64,000 nucleotides of DNA from the human T2T-CHM13v2.0 reference genome, Homo sapiens. Where the stretch lies: the NCBI RefSeq assembly GCF_009914755.1, contig NC_060926.1, one strand, 5' to 3'. Positions within the stretch are counted from its first letter, which is position 1. Every line of letters starts with the position of its first letter. The position numbers and the translations under genes are program-made. The notes under the pieces were generated by a model that searched no databases, was not told the origin of the DNA, and was given only the letters and a program-made list of their open reading frames with translations. Positions 25,627-41,828 of this stretch are shown piece by piece.

Positions 25627-25910
25627 TTTTTTTTTTTTTTTTTTTTTTTGAGATGGAGTCTCGCTCTGTCGCCCGGGCTGGAGTGCGGTGGTGCAACCTC
25701 GGCTCACTGCAAGCTCTGCCTCCCGGGTTCACGCCTTTCTGCTGCCTCAGCTTCCTGCCTCAGTCCTGCCATTTTCCTGCCATTCTCCTGCCTCAGCCTC
25801 CTGCCTCAGTCCTGCCTAGCTGGGACTACAGGCGCCCGCCACCACGCCCGGCTAATTTTTTTTGTATTTTTTTAATAGAGACGGAGTTTCACCGTGTTAG
25901 CCAGGATGGT
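25627..25910 (-). mobile_element. 5'-truncated AluY with internal expansion
   Basis: Y diagnostics ctgcaagctctgcc, gggttcacgcc, caccgtgttagccaggatggt; TSD ctaacattttttt at 25621-25633 and 25911-25923. Confidence 0.95.
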
Positions 25911-28900
25911 CTAACATTTTTTTAATCAAAATCAATGTTGAGGTTTACAATTGCATTTTTTTGCATCTGAAGGAGTATCATATTTTTTCTTCTTCTGTTA
26001 ATGGAAATATATATATATATACACACACACATACTGATGTCTAAATATTGTATTTTTTAGATAAGCCTTGTTAGTCTTGAAACGTTTTTGTTCTTAAAAT
26101 TATGGATTTGATATGCTACGTTTTATTTAGATTTTTTTGTATGAATGTTCATAAATGAGATTGGACAACATTATTTTCTTGCCCACATTTGGCCAGTTTT
26201 GATGTCATGTTTGAGTTTTTACCTTATAAAATGTGTTGGGACACTTTCCTGCTTTTTAGATTTTTCAAAACACCTTATACAACATAGAACTTATCTATTC
26301 CTTGAAGGTTTGTAAAACGTCACCTAAAAATATCTATTGACATATTTTAGGGGTAAGGTATATTATTACAGAGTCAATTACTTTAATAATTAATTGACTT
26401 AATCAATTACTTTAATAATTGGCTGTAATAATATGGCCTTACTCCTAGAAGATATATTTACTTTATACTATAATTAATATATATGTTAAAGTAATTACTA
26501 TGTAATTACTCCAATAATACTGTAATAGTTAATTATGGATTACTTAGCTTTTTATTTCTTATTTAGTCAATTTTTGTGGTTTACATTTTCCAGACAGTTC
26601 ATCATTCTTTTAAAATTTACTTAAAAAATATATTCATATCAATTATATAAAAATAAATGTATACTCATATATATAAATATAAATGAATATATACAAAAAA
26701 TATATACATACATGAATATATACACTGAAGGAGAGTATGTAGTAAGACACACACACAGAACATCTCTATTGTTTCTGTAGCTTTGTCTTATTTGTAGTCC
26801 CTAATATTGTCTCTTTGTGTTTTCTACTATTTGCTTGATTGGACTCACTAAATTTTGTCTTTATTTAAAGAACTAACTTTTAGTTTTGCTGATTTGTTTG
26901 GCTGATTTATTACTGTCTGTTTTTTAGTCCATTAGTTTCTGCTCATGTAACTATTAATTCCTTTGTTCTCTTTAGGTTGTTACTGCTTTTCTAATTTCTT
27001 CAACTGAAACACCATTTTTCAGTAAATATATTTAAAGCTATCCATTTCCCTATAAGCTAGCTTTAACCTCATTTTACAGTCTTGAATATCTTTATCTTTC
27101 TGTGCTGAACCTGGGATAAGTCCTCAGAACTATCTTACATTTCACAGTTTGTTCTTTGTGTCCAATCTATAGTTTGTTTTGGAATCTTGTCTACTAAGTA
27201 TTGTATTTGAATGTCTATACTTCATTTCTAAGATCTCTAGTAGGTAGGTTCTTTTTCAGCTTAAGTTTGTAAAAAAATATTTTTGGTGAGAAGAAAATTC
27301 TAGGTTGGAATATTCCTTTTTAGCATCTTAAATATGTTATTTTACTGTTTTCTGACTTTCATAGTTTCTATTGGAAAGTTAGCCTCCAGCCTCATTGCTG
27401 ATCATTTGGAAGTAACATACCCTTTTCCACCCCTTCTTCATGCTTTGATATTTATCTCTCTGCCTGCGTCTTCCAGCTGCTTCACTATAACCTCAAGTGT
27501 GTTTTTTTCTGTATCTACATTGCTTAAGGTTTCTGAATCCGTAGATTAATATTTCTCATCAGCTTTGCAAAATTTTCTCTAGAAATAGTGCCTGTCCTTA
27601 TTCTCTCTCCTCTCCTGTGAGACTCTAGTTACAGGTACTTCAGTCCTTTACATTATTTCCTTTACGTCTCTTATGCTCGACTTTGATTCTCCATTCGTTT
27701 TTCTCTTTGAGCTTCAGATTGGATATTTCTACTCACATATCTTTAAATTTATTTCTAAAATTCTTAACTTTGGATATTGTATTTTGTAATACTAGAAGGT
27801 CCATTTGATTATTTATGTAGATTCGCATATCTAGTACCTTTTTTGTTATATGCCAGACATTTTATTAAAAGGAATTGTAGAGGCTACAGATAATATCTTT
27901 CACAAGAGAGAGCTCTCTGTCCCTTATGTTAGGCATATTAGTAAGGGGCCGACCACCTTGATCTAATCACAGCGTAAGCTAGGTTAAGGCTGGTTGCAGT
28001 TTTGCTAAGATTTATTTCATTCACCTCTGTTTCCTCTCCATTTCTTGGATGTATCTCTCTTGAACTTTTGATTGACAGGCTGCTGGTTTCTATCTTTTCA
28101 ATCTTAGAACACTGGGAAAAATTCAGTCTCAACCTTCGAAGGTTTGGATTTTTGCCCCTTTGGAAATTTGGAAAATATTTTGGAGAGGAGAGTAGGTGTA
28201 TGTTTGCAGTGGGCCACACTCCTCAAGCAGGAAATTTTCTCCCAAATACTGTGAGATCAAGAGATTTTATCCCACTTTGTCAAAATCCCATAGCCTTTTG
28301 TACAGCCTTAGAATTTAGAAAATGAAACATAGCGAAAGCCAGCTGTGCATTAATGGCTCCCAAGGTTTCTAAATTGTCGTGCCAGCCCTGCACAACTTCC
28401 AAAAGCTTTGCTCATTTCTCTTTTCTCTAACAAATCCCTTTGTGTTTGTTAGATCTGGTCCTCAACCAAATACAAAATTGGCAAATGCACCCAGAGGAAA
28501 GAAACAGCCAATAACTGACTACTCTCATCAGAAAGAATTTCTCTTCTCTGGAATTTTAGTTCATTTAATTCTCTTCATTTCTACAGCACTCTAGTATCTT
28601 TAAAAGCACAACTTTTGCAATCTATCTGGATTTTTAGCTGTTACAGTAAAATTGGTAGTCTACAACTACCAACTACAGTCTTTCTCAGAACATAATCATA
28701 TTTTAAAGTCATTTTCAGATTTCTTCTTATTCTCATTTTATTTGGGGTAAAAAGTCTAATTTAATTTTCAAACATCATTTTTATCATTTATTTTCTTTTA
28801 TATATATATATAATTTTGATTTTCAAGCTCATTTGGATAAGATTTTTTTTTTCAGTCTTGCTCTCTCTCTCTCTGTTTCTTCCTGCTCATCACTTAGCAG

Positions 28901-30338
28901 CTAGGGGCTTTGAAATTACCTCCCTCTCTCCCCTTGGCAACCCTTAAGACAAGAACCATGTTTTTATATTGATGGTGTGGGGTTCTCATTCCCCTAGGAA
29001 TTATAAGCCAGCAAAAATGCTTATCTTAAGTCTTTACTATAGACTTCTGTCCCCAGGTCAATGTGGACAACTTCTCCAGCTTTCTGTTATGGGTAGGGAT
29101 GAACTGCCTCAGTGTCTGCTCTCAACCAAGGAGCTCAGTTCTGCTCTCCTGTTTCATGTGTGTGTGTTTGGGGGTGGGGGATGTTTTCAGCTTGTTAGCC
29201 ACAGGACACAAATTTCTTCTCACCTTTATCTTTTTCTAGACCTGGAGTTCAGTAGGTCCCTGCTTCATCATTTCTAACCCGTTTGCATTTTGTATTTCTG
29301 TTCTTTTTTGCTCTGTGGAAATGGCATGTTTTTGAGCATAGCTTTATCTTTGTAATTTTTGTATTTTATCCATCTTAGCTATGTATATGAGTTAAGAGGA
29401 GATGGCTTTGCCTAAAGCTTAACATTACAACACAATTTTCCTGAGATTTTTTTTTTTTGCCAATGTTTTTTGGCTTTTAAATAGCGAGTGAATGCAATCT
29501 TCCTTTGGACACACTAGGACGTCACCTCCCACTGATTCTTTCGTGTACTCAAGAAGTCTCAGCATCATTCAAGTAGGCTGGATCAGTCACCTTTTCAGAA
29601 TAGAGTTTTGAACTCTTCAAAAAAAAAAATGAATAATGAGCAGAACTTTCCACAGAATTCCAAAACAAAGGAAATGAGATGTAAACAAAGTCTCCAAGTG
29701 CCCTCAACCCATGATGAGGCACATCTAATGCATGATATTTAGTTACTAAGCAGATCTCTCTCATCATCATCATTAAGAAATAACAGTCCAGGGTTCTCAG
29801 GCAAGTTTGGATTTCTCTTTGCTCTTGGACAACTTGTAAAAACATTCGGATTTCCTTAATGTTTCTACCTACCTTGGCATCGCTCATCTCTCGTCTGTCA
29901 AATGCTTAGTGAGCACAGTCCTGGCATTAGGATAAGTCTTCTCAGCACGCCGGCGCAGACCCTAGGCGACATCCATTCAGGAACCTCCCACGTTGCTTTT
30001 CTAAAAATATCATCTTTATCTTCTTTACTATCTTGAAATGTCTGTTGTTACTCTCTTTTCAGAAAAAAAAACTGTTATAGTCAAATATCATATCACATTT
30101 TCTTTTCAAAAGTCTAATACCATAATACCTTGGATGAGAATTTTTTTTTTTTATTATACTTTAAGTTCTGGGATACATGTGTTACATATGTATACATGTG
30201 CCTACTGGTTTGCTGCACCCATCGCCTTGTCATCTACATTAGGCATTTCTCCTAATGCTGTCCCTCCCCTAGCTCCCCACCCCCTGACAGGCACTGGTGT
30301 GTGATGTTCCCCTCCCTGTGTCCATGTGTTCTTGTTGT

Positions 30339-34142
<3,804 letters not shown>

Positions 34143-34205
34143 TATGATGCCAGCTGGTTATTTTGCCCATTAGTTGATGGAGTTTCTTCATAGGGTTGAT
34201 GGTCT

Positions 34206-35224
34206 TTACCATTTGGCATGGTTTTGCAGTGACTGGTTCCAGTTTTTCCTTTCCATATTTAGTGCTTCCTTCAGGAGCTTTTGTAAGGCAGGCCTGGCGG
34301 TGACAAAATCTCTCAGCATTTGGTTGTCTGTAAAGGATTTTATTTCTTCTTCACTTATGAAGTTTAGTTTGGCTGGATATGAAATCCTGGGTTGAAAATT
34401 ATTTTCTTTAAGAATGTTGAATATTGGCCCCCACTCTCTTCTGGCTTGTAGGGTTTCTGCAGAGAGGTCCACTGTTAGTCTGATGGGCTATCCTTTGTCA
34501 GTAACCTGATGTTTCTCTCTGGCTGCCTTTAACATTTTTTCCTTCATTTCATCCTTGGAGAATCTGATGATTATGTGTCTGGGGTTGTTCTTCTTGACGA
34601 GTATCTTTGTGGTATTCTCTGTATTTCCTGAATTTGGATGTCGGCTTGTCTTGCTAGGTTGGGGAGGTTCTCCTGGATAATAGCCTGAAGAGTGCTTTCC
34701 AACTTGGTTCCATTCTCCCCATCACTTTTAGGTACGCCAATCAAACATAGGTTCGGTCTTTTCACATAGTACCATATTTCTTGGAGGCTTTGTTCGTTCC
34801 TTTTCATTCTTTTTTCTCTAATGTTGTATTCACACTTTATTTCATTAAGTTGATCTTCAATCTCTGATATCCTTTCTTCTGCTTGATTGATTCATCTATT
34901 GATACTTGTGTATGCTTCATGAAGTTCTCATGCTGTGTTTTTCAGCTCCATCAGGTCATTTATGTTCTTCTCCAAACTGGTTATTCTAGTTAGCAATTCC
35001 TCTAACCTTTTTTCAAGGTTCTTAGCTTCCTTGCGTTGGTTTAGAACATGATCCTTTAGCTCGGAGGAGTTTGTTATTACCCACCTTTTGAAGCCCACTT
35101 CTGTCAATTTGTCAAACTCGTTCTCGATCCAGTTTTGTTCTCTTGCTGGTGAGGAGTTGTGATCCTTGGGAGGAGAAGCAGAGTTTTGGAATTTTTCAGC
35201 CTTTTTGCACTGGTTTTTCCTCAT
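34206..35224 (-). pseudogene. L1 ORF1p, frameshifted
   Basis: Pieces MRKNQCKKAEK...NDLMELKN, KRNEQSLQEIWYYVKRPNL and DLSAETLQARREWGPIFNILKE lie in separate ORFs. Confidence 0.95.
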
Positions 35225-36552
35225 CTTCATGGATTTATCTACCCTTGGTCTTTTATGTTGGTGACCTTCGGATGGGGTTTGTGTGGACATCTTTTTTGTT
35301 GATGTTGATGCTATTCCTTTCTGTTTGTTAGTTTTCCTTCTAACAGTCAGGGCCCTCTGCTGCAGGTCTGCTGGAGTTTGCTGGAGGTCCACTCGAGATC
35401 CTGTTTGCCTGGGTATCACCAGCGGAGGCTGCAGAACAGCAAAGATTGCTGCCTGTTCCTCTGGAAGCTTGGTCCCAGAGGGGCACCTGCCAGATGCCAG
35501 CCAGAGCTCTCCTGTATAAGGTGGCTGTCGACCCCTGCCCGGAGGTGTCTCCCAGTCAGGAGGCACAGGGGTCAGGGACTCACTTGAGGAGGCAGTCTGT
35601 CCCTTAGCAGAGCCTGAGTGCTGTAATGGGAGAACTGCTGCTCTCTTCAGAGCCAGCAGGCAGGAATGTTTAAGTCTGCTGAAGCTGCAACCACAGCCAT
35701 CCCTTCCCCCAGGTGCTCTGTCCCAGGGAGATGGGGGTTTTATCTATAAGCCCCTGACTGGGGCTGTTGCCTTTCTTTCAGAGATGCCCTGCCTAGAGAG
35801 GAGGAATCTAGAAAGGCAGTTTGGCTACAAGGGCTTTGCTGAGCTGCAATGGGTTCCACCCAGTCCAAACTTCCCAGCGGCTTTGTTTACACTGTGAAGG
35901 GAAAACCATCTACTCAAGCCTCAGTAATGGCAGACACCCCAGCCCCACACCAAGCTTGAGTGTCCCAGGTGGACTTCAGACTGCTGTGTTGGCGGTGAGA
36001 ATTTCAAGCCAGTGGATCTTAGCTTGCTGGGTTCCATGGGGATGGGATCTGCTGAGCTAGAAGACTTGGCTCCCTGGCTTCAGTCCCCTTTCCAGAGGAG
36101 TGAATGGTTCTCTCTCACTGGCATTCCGGGTGCCACTGGATTATGAAAAAAAACTCCTGCAGCTGGCTCGGTGTCTGCCTAAATGGTTGGCTAGTTTTGT
36201 GCTTGAAACCTAGGGCCCTGGTGGTGTAGGCACCTGAGGGAATCTCCTGGTTTGCAGGTTGCAAAGACCGTGGGAAAAGTGTAGTATCTGGGCAGGAACG
36301 CACTGTTCCTCATGGCATAGTCCCTCATGGCTTCCCTTGGCTAGGGGAGGGAGTTCCCTGACCCCTTGTGCTTTCTGGGTGAGGTGATGCCCCCCCTGCT
36401 TCAGCTTGCCCTCCGTGGGCTGCACCCACTGTCTAACCAGTCCCAGTGAGATCAGCCAGGTACCTCAGTTAGAAATGCAGAAATCACCCACCTTCTGTAT
36501 TGATCTTGCTGGGAGCTGCAGACTGGAGCTGTTCCTATTTGGCCATCTTGCC
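35225..36552 (-). promoter_or_regulatory. L1 5'UTR internal promoter with intact YY1 site; homologous to the antisense-promoter region
   Basis: caagatggcc YY1 motif (ggccatcttg at 36541-36550 on plus); promoter function inferred from L1 biology, many CpGs decayed. Confidence 0.6.
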
Positions 36553-37219
36553 TGATGAGATAAATTTAACCCTGATTTCAGTGAGACAGAAGTGAACATG
36601 AGAGGGAGCTGTTCAGAATAAGGTGTTTATGAGCTATGAAGATACTCTGTGTTGCTGAGAGATGGTCCCACCATTTAGTGGGACAGACAGAAGATAAAAC
36701 ACCTATGTTGAGAAGGAGGAATATAAAGTGAAAATTTGAGGGAACATTACAATTTTGCAAAGAAACAGTTCTGACCTGGAACATCTGAAAAGAGCATCTG
36801 GTATGTGCGGACATGTGTGAAGATGCTCATGTAATTGGGGAAGTCAGGGAAAATCTCCCAGAGGGAGACTGGAGCCAGGGCCAGTAGAAACAGTGTGTGC
36901 ATGGCAGATGCTTCCAGGCAGATGTGTGCGTCCAGGCTCTGGGAGTCACAGCACCAGGACAGCTGGGTGGCTGGGATCCTCCAGCTCCTCCTTAGCTGCC
37001 TGGCCAAAGACACAGCTGGCTCTGGCATGCGCATGGGAATGCCTTTGGAATCCCATGCAAGCTTTATGGATACTGATTCTGGTATAGAAGCAAGTGTTGT
37101 CTAAAGTGTCATAACAGACAGAAATGGGGACAATTCTAGGTAGACTGTTCCCAGATGCAAATGATCTCCCAGAAAGAGAATAAAACCATGCTTTAAAAGT
37201 TAAAATATTTCTTTGTTGC

Positions 37220-37400
37220 TTGATTCATTTGTTCATGTTTTTCATTTGTTTATCAGATATTTGTTGAGTGTTTCCTCTGTGGCAGGTACTACACTAGGTG
37301 CTGAGAATATAGGTGACCCAGACACTGCTTGTGTCCCAAAGGGGCTCACATCCATTGGAAAAGACAGAAGTTAATGAGTAAGCAAGGAAGAGTGGGAGGT
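37220..37400 (-). mobile_element. L2 3' end
   Basis: attcatttgttca...atatttgttgagtg...gcaggtactacactaggtgctgagaatata. Confidence 0.75.
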
Positions 37401-38014
37401 GCTGAGGACACCCCCTCAGGAGGGGGGATACAATAATTACACCCAGAAGTATTAAGCGAGTGAATTCTGAGTGACCCTGGATGTCCAGAGGGGTTTCTTT
37501 CCTGTTTCCCCTAAAGACAGATAGAGAATAGCAGCCTCTCCCACACAATATAAGAAGAAAATCTAAATCTGTGCAGAGAATCTGTGTTTTGGTGACACAC
37601 AGCGGTAGGAAACTCTCAGGTTTGTGTCTTCTTTAGCAAACCAGATCTCCCTGCCTCCCATCCTCTGACCCCACCTCTCCACCACTGAGAAGAGCAGTGG
37701 ATGAGCAAGTATGAGACAAAAGGAGCCTGTAGAAACTTGAACTTGGCTGTTGGTAACATTTATCCAGATATGCAATGCCTTGGTTTGGCCCTCTAGGAAC
37801 TAAGGCAATTCACAGGATTCAGGAGTGAGTACTAAAAACGACCCCCACTATCATAGAAGTGTGGCAGATGAGCCCACAATGTGTTTCCACAGTTAAAAAA
37901 TAAATTACCACAAAAAATAACAGAAAATGTTCATATTCTACTGTTCTTGTTTATGTAACATCAAATACCTGAGCATTCACAATATCTCGAGGTTGAACAT
38001 CCTGCAGAATGACA

Positions 38015-38250
38015 TCAACTATCATGTCTTGAGATACTACCAAATGTCAGGTATAGTGTTAAGTGCTTCATAGGCATAATCTCATTTGAGCCTCATCTTT
38101 TATTATGATCTCATTTTATATATTAAGAAACTGGGGTTCAACTGAGGTTTCTTAACTTGTCCGAATTCACACAATGTGTGAATAGTAGATCCTGTATTCA
38201 AACCTGAGTTGGCTTTCTTTTCAATACATGATTCTTTCTTTACAAGCACC
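38015..38250 (-). mobile_element. MIR SINE
   Basis: caggtatagtgttaagtgcttca...atctcatttgagcctca...ctcattttatatattaagaaactgggg. Confidence 0.75.
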
Positions 38251-38609
38251 TAGCTATTCCTAAGAAATACCTGAGTATTTTCTTATGGATTGATGGCTGG
38301 GTAAATGCATTATCTTATAAGTTTCTAAAAACAGGTTGCCTTACTATTAATAGCTGTTTTCTATGCTTATGTACACTCTACTGGACTGCGGATGACAATG
38401 TGCTGGAAGTCATGTGTCTCATCTCTGTCTTCACATGTCACACAGCAGCCAGCAGAGGGCTGAACCCATTCTAAGTATTCACAATTGACCACAATCCACA
38501 AATCAGTGGAATAAAATGTCCACCATTGTAGACTAACTCACTCAGTTTAGGACTGTGCCCAATTCACTGGGAACTCCTTCCTTCTTTGTCTTTGGGAAAA
38601 GCCTGGACC

Positions 38610-39070
38610 ATTATTTATTAAACTTTTAAGATTTATTATTTATTGAGGCTCCTCTATGTCAGGGGTAAGCAAACTAAGACATGGTTCCCATCTTTAACAA
38701 GGTCATAGAGCAGTTGGAGAAACAGACATTTAAGCAATTACAATGCAAGGCTGTGTTCAACACTGGACAGCTGCATAGCCAGTCTTCTGTCAGAGTGCAG
38801 AGGCACAACCATGCCACTGCAGCGGGTGGAGTTGGGGCAGGTCTCTCTGAAGCAGTGGTCATTAGGGAAGCAATCATGGCCAGAGAGGCCTCAAAGCAGA
38901 ACCGGAAGCATGCTCAAAGGTCCAGAGCTGGGAACTTGATGCCTCCTAGGAAATAAAAAAATCCATCATGACGAGAATGTGCTCTGCAAGGTGGGCAATG
39001 CTGAGAGATAAGGCTGAGAAGTAGCAAGGGGACACATTATGAAGGACTAAGAAATAGGGCTTTTTCTGGC
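38610..39070 (-). mobile_element. L2 fragment
   Basis: tttattgaggctcctctatgtcagg...agacatggttccc...gaaacagacatttaagcaattacaatgcaa. Confidence 0.65.
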
Positions 39071-39886
39071 TATAAAACAAAGCTAATGAGATTGAGTGTT
39101 TATCATCTCCAAATGTTCCCAGCCAACAGGAAGCTTTGGCATTGTTGCTTCTTTCCCATTACTGAGGTTCCTAAAGTTTTTTTCTTGTCCAGGAAATCCC
39201 CTCCAATGACAGTTCTTCATCCACTGAGCAGCCAAATGTGCCCCCTTCACTCTGTCCATCACCATGCAGGACAGGGTGGCATGGAGCTGCAGCCCGACGC
39301 CTCCCCAGGCTGAGTTTAGAAAAAGGCAGGGCAGCTGCCTGCCCGGCCTCCACCAGGCTCGCCCAGCAAATGGTTTTCTCCAGGCCTAATTAAGGATGAC
39401 TTGATGTCTATAAGCCTACACTTAAGTCTTTGTTGGCTTGCTATTGTTTCCACTGAGCATGACAAGGTCTAGGAGCTTCAGTCTGGCTGTCTCAGCCAAG
39501 TGCCAAAGGCAAAATTAACAAAAAGAAAATCACTACTTTCATTCACTAAACATGCCCATTTACTTGTTTTTCTATTTTATTGCATTAGTCATTGCTATAA
39601 ACCCAGCGTGGTCTCCTTTTTTATTTTCTTTGTATTGTAGTAATATCCCAAAGCCAGGTGAGTACTCAAGTCATGAGACAGACCTATCCCCCATGTCCAG
39701 GGATGCCAGGTGAAACTCCCACAAGCAGCTCCTCCACAGGCACCCCCAGAGGCTCCCAGGTCTAGCAAGCCTGTGTTGCTGCACCCTTCAGAGTCCCTCT
39801 GAGAGATCAATGTGATTGGTTGTATCAGTCATTATCATTCTAGTACATGATGTTGACCAGATCATTGCTTTCTTTATTCCAAAAAC

Positions 39887-40039
39887 TAGAGTTGCCAGAT
39901 TTAGCAAAAAAAGTAAAAGACATCCAGTTAAAATCTTCATTTCAGATAGGCAATAAATAATTATTCAGTATAAGTATACCTCCTATGGTTTTAGGAATAG
40001 GCTTATACTACTAACACTTTATTTTATCTACCACCAACT
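39887..40039. mobile_element. MER53 hAT MITE with most of the right arm deleted
   Basis: tagagttgccagatttagcaaa...gacatccagttaaa...tttcagata...agtataagtat...cttatact. Confidence 0.75.
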
Positions 40040-40630
40040 CAACTCTTCAAACAAATATTGAGTGCCATCTCAGTACTGAGCACTGTGCTTGGTGCCAGAG
40101 AGTCAAGCATGAATCAGACGCAGTTTTTCATCTTAGGGGGTTCAAAGGCTAGTGAAGGTGAGATTAGTAAACAGCTGAAATATGTACACCCTGATACTGA
40201 CAATTCCCCCCCACCCACACTCACCCAGATATACATGCACAGGCACAAATTATAGGTGAATATCATTCACAAATATAAACATAAACATAATGTGAATTAA
40301 TAAAATGTTAGCACATTGGAAACTATTCAGGATTACAGAAAGAAGAGTAATTTGCTTCAACCAACTAAGATTCAACCCTAGAAGACACGAGAGAACTTAA
40401 GATTTGAATATCTGTTGATATAATACATCACATTATTATGTCAAAACAAATCTGATAATCTTAACATGTATTAGAAGAGCTTGACCAAGTTCATCCCTGA
40501 TTTTTAAAAAAACACTCAAAAGCAGGAATATATAGGTAAGTCCTTAATATGATAAAATATAGAAGAAACGTTCGTTTCTAATTATGAGAAACACAACAGA
40601 AAGTCTTAAAAAAATGGGATTAGATAAATG

Positions 40631-40632
<2 letters not shown>

Positions 40633-40674
<42 letters not shown>
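40633..40674. repeat. (GT)21 microsatellite
   Basis: Perfect GT run. Confidence 0.97.
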
Positions 40675-40677
<3 letters not shown>

Positions 40678-41648
40678 CCAAACCAAAAGTGAGAATCATG
40701 CTTAGTGGCAAATAGTAGAATGTCTTCTTTAAAGCTGGGAATGGTTATCATTATAATTATTATTTAATATTATACTGGAAGTGGTTACCATTTCAATTAG
40801 ACAAAATAAAGAAATAATAGATATAAATACTATATCATGTAATATATATTTATATAATAATATAAATAGAATAAAAATTTCATTAACAATGTCAACCAAA
40901 GATATAATATCTACATGCTAACTTATTTAGCATATGTGCAGGTCCCAAATAAAGAAAACTTTAAACGCAAGAGTCTCAAAAATAGTTACGTACCAACAAA
41001 AGATGCACTAGCCTCTTGGCATAGAAAGCCTCAATTTTATAAAGACACCATCTGTCTCAAAATTAATTTCAAAATGTAAATGTAATTATAACACCAAAAG
41101 GATTTTTGTAGTTGTTGTTATCAAAATTTTTTGAAACTTAACAAAGTTATGCAAAATTCACCTGAAAAAACAAACATCCAAAAAAAAAGGAAAATGAGAG
41201 GAGGCAACTTTTACCAGATATTAAAATGCATTTTGCAGTTATAATAAATAAAATACTTGGAGAAAATAAATTCAGGGGTAGAAAATCACCCCCACCCACA
41301 CTAACCCAGATACGCATGCACAGGCCTTCCATACCGAAATAGAATGAAGAGAACAGAAATAGACACAAATATATGTGGGTCCTAAATACAAGACAAAATA
41401 ACATTTAAAAATCAGTGGGAGAAAGAGAGATTTTTTTTCATGATTTTGCAAGAACTTGGAGAAATAAGCTAGATTACTCCTTTTAACAAAAGATATTACA
41501 ATTGGAGTGAAGATTTAAACATTTGACAATACAAAGCTATATAAGTTTCAGAAAACAAAAAATTAACAAGCTTTTATAAAGCAGATACATAATTGAGAGA
41601 CCATAAAATAATCAAATGATACTGTTGGTGATTTAAAATTTAAAACCT

Positions 41649-41828
41649 GGCCAGGCTTGGTGGCATCCACCTGTAGTTCCAGCTACTGAGGAGGCTAAGG
41701 CAGGAAGATCACTTGAGCCCACGAGTTCAGGGGTATAGTATGGGATAGTCACTCCTGTGAATAGTCACTGTACTCCAACCTGGGCAACCTAATGGGACCC
41801 CATCTATTAAAATAAATAAATGAATAAA
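41649..41828 (+). mobile_element. FAM (fossil Alu monomer)
   Basis: Monomer retaining 7SL-like cctgtgaatagtcactgtactcca, diagnostic of FAM; A-rich tail. Confidence 0.85.

Larger units (their letters stand above)
22610..29400 (-). mobile_element. Long degenerate L1ME/L1M-type region (3' end through ORF2 to ORF1/5' region), host to nested insertions; may be more than one element
   Basis: T-rich reverse L1 motifs; host sequence breaks near 23745 and resumes near 25330; ORF1-like reverse text around 27290-27800. Confidence 0.7.

Noticed and set aside
25733-25816. CRISPR-like short repeats
   Set aside because: No unique spacers; derived from Alu sequence in a primate genome.
29945-29995. Small CpG cluster, possible CTCF site or promoter
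   Set aside because: Only about 50 bp and a poor CTCF match.
34928-35566. 212-aa ORF, the longest in the track
   Set aside because: It is L1 5'UTR read in frame into the ORF1p N-terminus from a non-ATG start, then broken by a frameshift; not a host gene.
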